From Euryarchaeota archaeon UBA36 (GTDB taxonomy: Archaea > Thermoplasmatota > Poseidoniia > Poseidoniales > Thalassarchaeaceae), in NCBI GenBank assembly GCA_002496485.1, contig DAJW01000119.1, positions 1 to 34,900 on the forward strand: 34,900 nucleotides of DNA. The letters run 5' to 3'. The stretch's first letter is position 1; each line of letters opens with the position of its first letter. The notes beneath the pieces are model-generated. The model was given only the letters and a program-made list of their open reading frames with translations. It was not told where the DNA came from and made no database searches. Positions 1 through 8,275 of this stretch are shown piece by piece. The translations under genes were made by a program, and so were the position numbers.

Positions 1-1
1 T

Positions 2-733
2 TCTGCAGCCGGATTGGGCTCCTCTGCAGCACTCTCAAATGCTTTCGGTGCTGCCTTATCTTTTCATATGAATCATGTCGATGATATCGACAGAATTAGA
101 CTTGCTAAATATGCTCATTCAGCGGAAGCTAATGCGCAAAAAGGCCGAGCTAGTCCAACAGATACTGCTACAAGCTCATTGGGTGGTTGTGTTGTTGTCT
201 CGGGGACGCACGTTCCAGGGACAAAACATATTTTCGATACTGAATTATTAACTCCTGAAGGACTAAGAGAATGGTCAGTAAATATAGTAGAACTCCCACC
301 CTCAATCCGAGATTCTTACTTAGTCTTAGGATTTACAGGAGAAGGATCGCCTACTGGAATTATGGTTGAAAAGGTAGCTAAACTATTGAGAGAAAAACCC
401 CAAAAATTAATTGAAATGGATGCAATTGCTAATATTACCAAAGCCGGACTAACTGCTCTTTCTGCAGGGAATCTAGAAGCATTAGGAATTGCTATGAATG
501 CTTGTCATGAAAGACTAAGAAGTTTAGAAGTTAGCACTAGAGAGTTAGATGATTTAGTTGAAGTATCTAGGCCCCATTCTTATGGTGCGAAGCTTACTGG
601 AGCAGGTGGTGGAGGCTGTATGGTAGCACTAGCAAGAAATCCTGATAGGGTCGCCGAAGCTATAGAAGTAGCCGGTGGAAAACCGCTTATTACTAGACTT
701 GGAAGTGATGGAGTAAGAATAATCAAGAGATAA
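2..733 (+). CDS. mvk: mevalonate kinase (GHMP kinase family), 5'-truncated by the window edge
   Basis: The reading frame is open from the window edge, so the track's M at 14 is an internal TTG. GHMP motif [11 protein letters not shown] is at the start of the fragment. [16 protein letters not shown] loop and motif [17 protein letters not shown] are present. [16 protein letters not shown] matches the MVK pattern L-GVS-ld-lv. Confidence 0.85.
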   Translation, partial: SAAGLGSSAALSNAFGAALSFHMNHVDDIDRIRLAKYAHSAEANAQKGRASPTDTATSSLGGCVVVSGTHVPGTKHIFDTELLTPEGLREWSVNIVELPPSIRDSYLVLGFTGEGSPTGIMVEKVAKLLREKPQKLIEMDAIANITKAGLTALSAGNLEALGIAMNACHERLRSLEVSTRELDDLVEVSRPHSYGAKLTGAGGGGCMVALARNPDRVAEAIEVAGGKPLITRLGSDGVRIIKR

Positions 734-743
734 TCTCCAATCA

Positions 744-750
744 TTTTTTT
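744..750 (+). terminator. oligo-T tract (T7), candidate archaeal terminator for mvk
   Basis: A run of 7 T begins 11 nt after the mvk stop codon. Archaeal RNA polymerase terminates at oligo-T tracts. Confidence 0.3.
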
Positions 751-768
751 AAAAATCAGAAACTATTC

Positions 769-776
769 TTTATAAG
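769..776 (+). promoter_or_regulatory. TATA-box candidate for tbp (leaderless transcript)
   Basis: TTTATAAG is centred about 25 nt upstream of the ATG at 798. A second TATAAAGG copy follows at 782-789. Confidence 0.4.
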
Positions 777-797
777 GGCATTATAAAGGCGAATGAT

Positions 798-1517
798 ATG
801 CTTACCGACGAAGAAAGATTAACAGTAGTGAATGTAGTTGCCTCTACTCGCGTTGCAGAAGAACTTGACTTACCTGATATTGCAATTCAACTTAATTGTG
901 AATATGAACCAGAACAATTTCCGGGTGTTGTTTACAGAGTAGTAGATCCAAAACTTGCTATACTAATGTTCCGTTCTGGCAGGGCTGTATGTACAGGCGG
1001 AAAAAATGAAGATAACATCGAAGTAGGTATCGAGAGAATGATTGGAGATCTTAGAGCAGCTGGAATTGAAACTTGGGATCAGAAAGATGTAGAAATAGAG
1101 GTCCAGAATATGGTAGCCACATACTCATTATTCTATCCAGAAGATTATGCTGGAACAGCTAAAATGGATGACATTAATACTAAGGTAATAGAAGAAAATG
1201 GTTCAATCAGGGCCGCAACTGATGAAGAAGTAGAAGCCAATGACGATAGAATTAGGGGAGTTCTACAAGGAGAGCCATTAGCTGCATTACCTAGGAAATT
1301 AAATCTTAACAATTTGACATTCCACTTACCATTTGACAAAGTTGAATATGAACCAGAACAATTTCCAGGATTAATTTACAGATTAGACTATCCTAGAGTA
1401 GTTTGTCTGATATTTGGGAGTGGAAAGATGGTAATTACTGGAGCCAGGCACAAAGACGAGATTCTAGAAGCTGTGGAACAAATTAAAGATGAATTAGCCG
1501 ATTTACTGTATGAGTAA
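798..1517 (+). CDS. tbp: TATA-box-binding protein (TBP) with an unusually long second repeat
   Basis: Two TBP pseudo-repeats are present. Each carries EYEPEQFPG(V/L)(V/I)YR followed by (F/I)(R/G)SG(R/K)-V-TG. VVNVVAS and VQNMVAT form the first strand of each repeat. Length is 239 aa versus about 180-190 aa for typical archaeal TBPs. Confidence 0.95.
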   Translation: MLTDEERLTVVNVVASTRVAEELDLPDIAIQLNCEYEPEQFPGVVYRVVDPKLAILMFRSGRAVCTGGKNEDNIEVGIERMIGDLRAAGIETWDQKDVEIEVQNMVATYSLFYPEDYAGTAKMDDINTKVIEENGSIRAATDEEVEANDDRIRGVLQGEPLAALPRKLNLNNLTFHLPFDKVEYEPEQFPGLIYRLDYPRVVCLIFGSGKMVITGARHKDEILEAVEQIKDELADLLYE

Positions 1518-4500
1518 TAAGACATATATTCTTCAATTAGTATCCCCTCTTGTGGCTATGGCTTCTCTTCGCACATGCACTCTACTGGTGGTAATTTTTC
1601 TCATACAACCAATGTCATATATTCTCGTTGATATAAGTGTGAGTAAAGAATTAAAATATGAGAAAAGAGATAAATTTTCTAGCTCTATTCATTCAAATAG
1701 TATCACAGACACTCCGAGCTGGTTAATAGGAGATGTTTGGGAATATGACGGATATCTAGATGTATCGAGTTTTGTAGCAAGTTCGGGTGCTAGCACTAGT
1801 GTAGATGTAGTTTATGGTGTATTGGATCGAACTGTTACTGATATGTATTTATTAGAAATTGATAATTCCTCAACTCTTGTATATGAGGTAATTTCACAAG
1901 GGACATATCAGACTAATGGAGCAATAGATGTTGAAGGTCAAACAGGATGCCTTATTGCAAATATAGAGATTTTTGAAATCGTTCTAGCTTCAGACCTTTC
2001 AACGTATAGTCAGGAAGCAGAAATTGAAGTTTTTGTCGATCCAGCTCTTTTTGGTATATGCTTTCCAGCACTTAGAATTGATCTAGCAGAATTAACAGTA
2101 AAAAATACATTCAACCCACCAATGGAGTGGTATGATTTCCCATTATCTGTTGGAGAGTCTTGGAATACAAATTATTCTCAATCAATTGAATTTAGCGGAA
2201 CTACAAACGATTTGATAACTATACCAATACCTGAAAATACAACCGAAGATAATTCGTCTAGTTGGGAAGTAGTTAGCAGAGGTTACTCCGGAGTCTCCTA
2301 TACTGGCTGTCTTCAATCTTATAATATCACAAGTTATGATAGAGATGGAAATATGGCAGGTTATAGATGGTATTGTCCTGCAATTAGAGGCGACATTAAG
2401 ACTTCGTTGGTACAAAGTTTTGGATTCACTCTAGTCAACGAGCTAGTCTCATATAGTCCTTCGACTAGGCAAACCATAATTTCCATCGAATTAGAGACTC
2501 CTTTATCCCCATTAGACATCGAAACATCGGCATGGATTAATGTTACAAATAATGGTCAACCAGTCTCAGGAAAGATATTACAATTCAGATACGAAAAAGA
2601 AGAATTTTTCCAAAATATAACCACCAATCAAGATGGTTCTGCATATGTAGAGTTTAATTCTGGAGAATCAAGAGATAACTCAGATGGATATAACGAGTAT
2701 GGGAGCCATGGAATTTTGGCTTGGATACAATCAGAAAATATAATTGGAGTTGAAACTATAGTTATAGATCCAGAGGTTTTTGCTGTCGATTTGGTGACTA
2801 GCTCATCAGGCGTTACAGTATCTAGAAATAGGGGAAATAATACTCTAACATTAAATCCCTTGATTGGATTTAATGCTGTATCCGGAGATTCGCTAATATT
2901 TTCAATACCCGTAATTAACAGAGGAGTTCAAACATCACCACCATCAATAATTGAGATTCAGGCCCCTGATGGAACCATAATCAATGGCCAAGTTCCAGAA
3001 CTAAATAGCCTCGAAGAGGCCAGAGTTGAACTTAATTGGACAATACCTGCATCTCAAGTATTTGGAAATATATCATTGATATTTGAAGTCGATCCATCAG
3101 AGGAGATATCCGAAGATGGCAATAGGTCGAATAATTTCGGATTCTTCAATCTTTACATAGGATCTTTGCCAATGGCCATAATGTCTCTTCCACCAACTAT
3201 CTTGACTATGAATGAACTATTCATTGATGGCACCAACTCTAGTGATCCAGATGGGGGTTCTATAATATGCGATTTTACAATCGTAGCAGACTATGGTTCA
3301 TCAGTTTTTGATGAATTTACATCTTTAGAATCTGATTGTACTTTAGAGTGGATTCCACAAGACGATGGAATTATCCTGATTTCCATGACCGTAATAGATC
3401 AAGAAAATGATCAATCCACAATTTCTGATACATTAATGGCGATTAATAGACCTCCAATCCTTACCATAGGTTCAGATAATGAATCGGTTGAAGTACTGTC
3501 TCCTGTAACATTCCGAGTTTTGAATGCAAGTGATTTAGACTCCAATAATCCTTCAAGTCCAGTTGATATATTGTGGAAATCAAATTGTGCAGAAGGGCAA
3601 GTTGGAATTACTTGCACTGTCGTTCCTACAGATGAAGGAGAATTCAAAATTGAAGCTGTAGCTACAGATGATGATGGAGAAACAACAACATCAAACTACT
3701 CAGTAAATGTTACAAATATTGCCCCATTCAATCCATTAGCCGAAGTTTGGCTAGGATCAATGAAGCTAATTCCAGACAATAGGGGGTTGTACTCAATTCA
3801 AGAAGGAGATAATTTTACTTTGTACGGGCAAGCCTCAGACTCATTAAATGACATTAATAGTTTAGAACATCATTGGCAACCTAATGCTGAAAGTTTCCCC
3901 AATCTTAATTTTACAACTGTGGGAGAAATAAGTACAGTTTCTAATTTCTCATATAACTATTCAGGAATTAAATTTGCAATACTTACTGTAACGGATGATG
4001 ATGGGGAGGAAACCGAACCTTTGACCTTACTAATACAAGTTGTTAACTTTGAGCCTCAAATTCTACCCATCCCGCAGATACCACAAATTTCTGAAGATGA
4101 AGAAATAGAAATAGTGGCAGAAGTGGTTGATTCCTACAATGATATGGAATCACTGATTTATTGTTTCGATTTAAATCCAGAAATAGATTCAGATGAAGAT
4201 GGGGCAGCAAAAAATGACTGTGATATAAATTCGAATGTGTTAGTACATTCATGGCCAGATGCTTCTACTTCTCCAGACTTTATTATATTCCATGTTAGTG
4301 ATAATGATGGCTCTACTGATTTCACAGAAATTGAAATAGATGTAGTGAACACTCCACCTGTAGCATTGGCCTCAGTTAATGCCCTAAATCCGACAGAAGG
4401 AGATAAAATAATTCTTTCAGCTAATGGATCCATAGACTCTGTGAATGACATGGAATCTCTTACATTTCATTGGGATTTAGATATATCATTAGACTCTGAT

Positions 4501-4989
4501 GGAGATGGTAACCCATCAAATGATATTGATATGATGGGACGCTGGATTGAGGCCTCATACGATTCTGAAGGGCTGAAACAAGTGAAACTAACAGTAATTG
4601 ATGAATCCGAATCGCATTCTGTTACAATGGATATTAATGTAGCAACCGCTCCATCGATGTTAATTCAACATTCTACATCAATATTTGGAATTATTATTGT
4701 GGCAATAATTTCCTTATCGGGCTATATTTACTACACGAGAAGAATGATGACTGAGGACGGAAAAGATATGGGTAATGATGAATTAAATGTTATTGACTTC
4801 GATGATACGTTTAGTAAAGATACCAATCCAGATTCCTTAATTAATAATCTCCCAGCCGCCCCAGATTTATTACAAGAACATGACATTATTGAGAATAAAA
4901 AGGAGCCCGATATTGCAACTCCGGACGATAATGAAAGGTTACAAAACGCAGGTTTGGATATTGAAGACATCGAAGCACTCTTTGAGTAG
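1510..4989 (+). CDS. large cell-surface protein: CARDB-like plus multiple PKD/Ig-like repeats, C-terminal TM anchor, acidic tail
   Basis: N-terminal hydrophobic segment CTLLVVIFLIQPMSYILV. CARDB-like stretch NRGVQTSPPSIIEIQAPDG...EVDPSEEISEDGNRSNNF. Repeated modules end in VATDDDGETTTSNYSVNVTN, LTVTDDDGEETEPLTLLIQVVN, FHVSDNDGSTDFTEIEIDVVN and LTVIDESESHSVTMDINV. TM helix IFGIIIVAIISLSGYIYY is followed by an Asp/Glu-rich tail. There are many N-x-S/T sequons. The start is uncertain: ATG 1510 overlaps the tbp stop (ATGAGTAA), and ATG 1558 is an alternative. Confidence 0.8.
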   Translation: MSNKTYILQLVSPLVAMASLRTCTLLVVIFLIQPMSYILVDISVSKELKYEKRDKFSSSIHSNSITDTPSWLIGDVWEYDGYLDVSSFVASSGASTSVDVVYGVLDRTVTDMYLLEIDNSSTLVYEVISQGTYQTNGAIDVEGQTGCLIANIEIFEIVLASDLSTYSQEAEIEVFVDPALFGICFPALRIDLAELTVKNTFNPPMEWYDFPLSVGESWNTNYSQSIEFSGTTNDLITIPIPENTTEDNSSSWEVVSRGYSGVSYTGCLQSYNITSYDRDGNMAGYRWYCPAIRGDIKTSLVQSFGFTLVNELVSYSPSTRQTIISIELETPLSPLDIETSAWINVTNNGQPVSGKILQFRYEKEEFFQNITTNQDGSAYVEFNSGESRDNSDGYNEYGSHGILAWIQSENIIGVETIVIDPEVFAVDLVTSSSGVTVSRNRGNNTLTLNPLIGFNAVSGDSLIFSIPVINRGVQTSPPSIIEIQAPDGTIINGQVPELNSLEEARVELNWTIPASQVFGNISLIFEVDPSEEISEDGNRSNNFGFFNLYIGSLPMAIMSLPPTILTMNELFIDGTNSSDPDGGSIICDFTIVADYGSSVFDEFTSLESDCTLEWIPQDDGIILISMTVIDQENDQSTISDTLMAINRPPILTIGSDNESVEVLSPVTFRVLNASDLDSNNPSSPVDILWKSNCAEGQVGITCTVVPTDEGEFKIEAVATDDDGETTTSNYSVNVTNIAPFNPLAEVWLGSMKLIPDNRGLYSIQEGDNFTLYGQASDSLNDINSLEHHWQPNAESFPNLNFTTVGEISTVSNFSYNYSGIKFAILTVTDDDGEETEPLTLLIQVVNFEPQILPIPQIPQISEDEEIEIVAEVVDSYNDMESLIYCFDLNPEIDSDEDGAAKNDCDINSNVLVHSWPDASTSPDFIIFHVSDNDGSTDFTEIEIDVVNTPPVALASVNALNPTEGDKIILSANGSIDSVNDMESLTFHWDLDISLDSDGDGNPSNDIDMMGRWIEASYDSEGLKQVKLTVIDESESHSVTMDINVATAPSMLIQHSTSIFGIIIVAIISLSGYIYYTRRMMTEDGKDMGNDELNVIDFDDTFSKDTNPDSLINNLPAAPDLLQEHDIIENKKEPDIATPDDNERLQNAGLDIEDIEALFE

Positions 4990-5006
4990 AATGTCGTGCG
5001 GACACT

Positions 5007-5459
5007 ATGGTTAGTATTTTCAGTATACTTGGTCTACCCAATCCCAAAACACTACTAAAACGTGAAAATAGTAAAAGTAAGCTTAGTACTAGACCAGGTC
5101 CAAAGGCAGGAAATAATAAATTCCATGATTTGGGCGAAAATAGATGGAGTGATAGAACTAAAATAATATCACAAAAGCCTGTTAGATCAGTAATATATAT
5201 CACTCCCGATAAATTACATAGATTGCCATTTGAAGGGGTTGAGCATCAATTGGCATTAGGAGATATGGCAATTTTTGATATAAATTCCTTAAATCATATA
5301 TCACATCAGCAATCTATCTGCGCTAGAAAAATTCGTGAATTAGGAGATCGGACTGGATTGCCCGTATTTTCAATCAATGAGAATGAAACCTTATTGATGA
5401 TTCCAGGTGCAAAGATGAGAGTTGATACCAAAAAACATAGGTTAGGCGTGTCAAGATGA
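5007..5459 (+). CDS. sepF: SepF-like cell division protein
   Basis: Short amphipathic N-terminus MVSIFSILGL, a basic disordered linker, then a C-terminal domain: LALGDMAIFDINSL...ICARKIRELGDRTGLPVFSINENETLLMIPGAKMRV. This matches the archaeal SepF pattern as I remember it (G-ivi-di...i..l......GdI.....d.......P.g....). Recognised from memory of the pattern only. Confidence 0.55.
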   Translation: MVSIFSILGLPNPKTLLKRENSKSKLSTRPGPKAGNNKFHDLGENRWSDRTKIISQKPVRSVIYITPDKLHRLPFEGVEHQLALGDMAIFDINSLNHISHQQSICARKIRELGDRTGLPVFSINENETLLMIPGAKMRVDTKKHRLGVSR

Positions 5460-5470
5460 CAAATATCGAC

Positions 5471-5674
5471 CTAATCTTCCTCTAGCCAAGCATCCAAATC
5501 TCCAGATTCAATTTCCATTATAGCGTGTTCAGTGAAATCTCTGTAAGCTATCCATTTGTTTATCTCCGATTCTTCATCTCCCCGTTTTATCTTTCTTTCA
5601 ATAGATGCATTAGCATAGATCACACATCGTTCTAGGAAAAGTTGCACAACTTCTCTACGTTTCTTCTTGTCCAT
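5471..5674 (-). CDS. small acidic hypothetical protein (67 aa), last gene of the minus-strand operon
   Basis: ATG start overlaps the bcp 3' end by 20 nt, suggesting translational coupling. The sequence is helical-looking and charged, and I recognise no family. Confidence 0.45.
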   Translation of the reverse strand: MDKKKRREVVQLFLERCVIYANASIERKIKRGDEESEINKWIAYRDFTEHAIMEIESGDLDAWLEED

Positions 5675-6158
5675 AAAATCCCTCTAAACCGAGAATTTGC
5701 ATAATTTCTTCGACATTATTCTTAGCCTTGACTCCATATTTTACCCATATAATTGAACCCTCAGTATCGATAACAAAAGTAGATCTCAAGGTACCCATGT
5801 ATGTATTGCCCCTGAACTTTTTTTCTCTCCATGTTCCAAATTTTTCATGTAATCTAGAATCTTCATCAACAATCAAGTCAAAGGGAAGATTGTGTTTTTG
5901 TATAAATTTCTCATGGGAATTTGCACTATCAGATGAAACTCCAAAAACATCCCAACCATTTTCTTGAAATATTTTGAAATTATTCCTAAAATCGCATGAT
6001 TGATATGTACAACCGGGAGTATTATCTCTAGGATAGAAATATAGAATTACTCCATTTCCATTCGCAAGAATCTCAGATAGCCTTATTTTGCTACCATCAG
6101 AAATCTCCGCTTCAAAGTCTGGGGCTTTCATTCCTTTTACTAACTCGGTATATTCCAT
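5655..6158 (-). CDS. bcp: thiol peroxidase / peroxiredoxin, BCP (PrxQ) type
   Basis: KAPDFEAE...G..I.LSE, then YFYPRDNTPGCTYQSC carrying the peroxidatic Cys and a resolving Cys 5 residues later, then HEKFIQKHNLPFDLIVD. This is the canonical BCP layout. Confidence 0.9.
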   Translation of the reverse strand: MEYTELVKGMKAPDFEAEISDGSKIRLSEILANGNGVILYFYPRDNTPGCTYQSCDFRNNFKIFQENGWDVFGVSSDSANSHEKFIQKHNLPFDLIVDEDSRLHEKFGTWREKKFRGNTYMGTLRSTFVIDTEGSIIWVKYGVKAKNNVEEIMQILGLEGFYGQEET

Positions 6159-6195
6159 ATATGGGCGACCGACTACTTACTCATCAAGCCTATGA

Positions 6196-6759
6196 TTAAC
6201 CAATGTAAGATTTCAGAGTTACAGAAGAGGGCCATTTTGGCGGTTCACTAAAACCAAAACATGCATCTATTTCGAAATTTACTGACTGTCCTAAATCAAT
6301 GCCATCAATTTTACATTCACCATGAACAACTTTAGATATCCCTCTAATTGAATACCATTCTTTTCTTCCATCACGCGTAATTCCGAATGTAGAGGTATTG
6401 AAAAACTTCTTAGCAATGGTATTTTCGAATGTGGAGATAAACCATTTAGGCCTCCAAAGTGGAATTGGAAAAGATAAACTCCAAACCATCTTAACTTCCA
6501 AACTACCAGCTTTGACGGAAATTTCTTTTACCCCCCTATTTACTTCAATAGGGGTGATTTTCACTTCCTCAAAAGAATATAGAGAGGACACATATTCAGC
6601 TAAGTTTTTATTCGGAGAAAGTAACACTCTCACTCCATCAGATTTAGCCCACATTATGTTCGTGAAGCTGCCAAATGGTGAATATTTCCAGTCCCCAATA
6701 ACAATTCTATCTCCACTGGAGAAGCCAGAAGAAGTTATTCTACCCGAAAATATATCCAT
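6196..6759 (-). CDS. hypothetical protein (187 aa), family not recognised
   Basis: Long ORF whose ATG lies 1 nt after the nth stop, so it is in the same operon. No TM segments and no motif I can name. Confidence 0.6.
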   Translation of the reverse strand: MDIFSGRITSSGFSSGDRIVIGDWKYSPFGSFTNIMWAKSDGVRVLLSPNKNLAEYVSSLYSFEEVKITPIEVNRGVKEISVKAGSLEVKMVWSLSFPIPLWRPKWFISTFENTIAKKFFNTSTFGITRDGRKEWYSIRGISKVVHGECKIDGIDLGQSVNFEIDACFGFSEPPKWPSSVTLKSYIG

Positions 6760-6760
6760 C

Positions 6761-7414
6761 CTATTTCATCCTCTCATCCTTAATTCTTTTTTTACTCGCT
6801 GCCCACGAACAAATAGGACATTTTTCTAAATCATGCCTCAGTGCAGGACAATATTCCCTCCCGAAAAAAATAATTTGTAAATGCCTCTTATTCCAAGTTT
6901 CCTTATCAAAAACCTTTTTTAAATCTCTTTCAGTTTTTTCAACATTTTTGCCATCAGAAAGTCCCCATCTTGAAGCTAACCGATGAATATGGGTATCAAT
7001 AGGAAAAGCTGGAATTCCAAAGGCTTGAGACATCACCACTCCAGCAGTCTTATGCCCGACCCCAGCCAAAGATTCTAAAAAATCCCAGTCAGGAAAAATA
7101 TCTCCACCAGCGTCAATTATTTGATTAGCCATTTTTTTTAGATTCTTAGATTTAGTTGGAGCAAGACCTATTTCCTTTATGATTTCAAGAATTTCACTCT
7201 CTTTCAATCTTGACATTTCTTGCGGGGTACTAGCAATTTTGAATAATTTAGGAGTAACTTCATTGACCTTTTTATCTGTAGTCTGAGCAGATAACATTAC
7301 AGCAACTAATAATGTATAGGGATCAGAATGAGATAGGGGTATTGGTGTTTCAGGATATAACTCATCTAGTTTAAGGCCGATTTTTTGAGCCTTCTCAAGG
7401 CGCCTCAAGCTCAA
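6761..7414 (-). CDS. nth: endonuclease III (HhH-GPD DNA glycosylase/AP lyase)
   Basis: LVAVMLSAQTTDKKVN, helix-hairpin-helix LAGVGHKTAGVVM, FPIDTHIHRL, and a C-terminal Cys cluster YCPALRHDLEKCPIC. The whole protein contains only three Cys. Confidence 0.9.
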   Translation of the reverse strand: MSLRRLEKAQKIGLKLDELYPETPIPLSHSDPYTLLVAVMLSAQTTDKKVNEVTPKLFKIASTPQEMSRLKESEILEIIKEIGLAPTKSKNLKKMANQIIDAGGDIFPDWDFLESLAGVGHKTAGVVMSQAFGIPAFPIDTHIHRLASRWGLSDGKNVEKTERDLKKVFDKETWNKRHLQIIFFGREYCPALRHDLEKCPICSWAASKKRIKDERMK

Positions 7415-7617
7415 GCCTCCAAAATTACTTCATTATTTCCCCTGATTCCAAGAATAAATGCCCATCCAACAGTTACAAAAAAAGGAACATAACAAGCCAA
7501 GAATGACTGACTAGTCCACTCTTCCGGCATTCCAATAATTGTCCATCCAATAACTGCAAACAATAAGCCCGGAAATGCTGCTAGAAATGAAAATAAAATA
7601 GCTCTAGTTAGTCCCAA
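7411..7617 (-). CDS. small membrane protein (68 aa, 2 predicted TM helices)
   Basis: Two hydrophobic stretches: AILFSFLAAFPGLLFAVIGWTIIG and FLACYVPFFVTVGWAFILGI. The stop overlaps the nth start by 4 nt. Confidence 0.5.
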   Translation of the reverse strand: MGLTRAILFSFLAAFPGLLFAVIGWTIIGMPEEWTSQSFLACYVPFFVTVGWAFILGIRGNNEVILEA

Positions 7618-7621
7618 TTAA

Positions 7622-8173
7622 TCACCACGGAAATTTATATGTCCAGAGTATCCAATCATTTAGTATACACTGAATCCCTAACATAATAGAACCAGTCAAC
7701 ATTATTCCTGCATAATCTACGCCATCTTTGTATGCCGCATATGCCAGTAAACCCATCATAACATTTCCTATCGAGACCAAAGTCAAGATCCCAATAACTA
7801 GTATTGGAGTCCATGAATAATCTGAATTAATATGGAATAGAGTACTTTCAAGCCATAATGCCGAAGGTATCATCACTAAAGCAAATGAAGCCAATAATCT
7901 AGTGTTTCCTAAACCATCAGATTCCACCCAAGGCCACCTCAGTTCCCCCAAAGTTTTTTCATCCAGCTTAAAGAAAATTACATACCAATATGCCATGAAT
8001 CCCGCCGCAGCTATGAACATGAATGGAACTATAAAGCTCCACCAAGTTTCTGGAATTCCACCCCATAATTCACTCGGATCTTCTGAATGTGAAACGCCGT
8101 ATACATAAGATAAAAGTACAAGAGGTCCAAATATCAATGTGAATATTAGAACAGCTTGGCGTGTGACATCCAT
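7622..8173 (-). CDS. integral membrane protein (183 aa, about 5 TM helices), unknown family
   Basis: Alternating hydrophobic segments rich in Trp and Tyr. First gene of the minus-strand operon 8173->5471. Confidence 0.6.
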   Translation of the reverse strand: MDVTRQAVLIFTLIFGPLVLLSYVYGVSHSEDPSELWGGIPETWWSFIVPFMFIAAAGFMAYWYVIFFKLDEKTLGELRWPWVESDGLGNTRLLASFALVMIPSALWLESTLFHINSDYSWTPILVIGILTLVSIGNVMMGLLAYAAYKDGVDYAGIMLTGSIMLGIQCILNDWILWTYKFPW

Positions 8174-8245
8174 AACACCCCCTGTAGTTTCACAGTCATA
8201 ATATTCTGTATTTTAAATATCAATATTATTTCATAATAAGCGTGA

Positions 8246-8254
8246 TTTTATAAA
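8246..8254 (+). promoter_or_regulatory. TATA-box candidate for the SpoU-family gene (leaderless, GTG start)
   Basis: TTTTATAAA is centred 26 nt upstream of the GTG at 8276. Confidence 0.4.
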
Positions 8255-8275
8255 TGAAATAACAATTCTAAACTC

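Noticed and set aside
1145-4970. Minus-strand ORFs of 64-105 aa listed in the track inside tbp and the surface-protein gene (1145..1339, 2182..2415, 3411..3647, 4043..4252, 4158..4451, 4731..4970)
   Set aside because: All lie antisense within long ORFs that have clear domain motifs. Their translations are low-complexity, rich in Ser, Leu and Ile, and carry no motifs. These are typical shadow ORFs of AT-rich coding DNA.
4886-5203. 105-aa minus-strand ORF spanning the end of the surface gene and the start of the SepF-like gene
   Set aside because: It overlaps two better-supported plus-strand genes, and its translation has no recognisable features.
6398-6829. 143-aa plus-strand ORF
   Set aside because: It is antisense to both the 187-aa ORF and the 3' end of nth, which has clear EndoIII motifs, so it is a shadow ORF.
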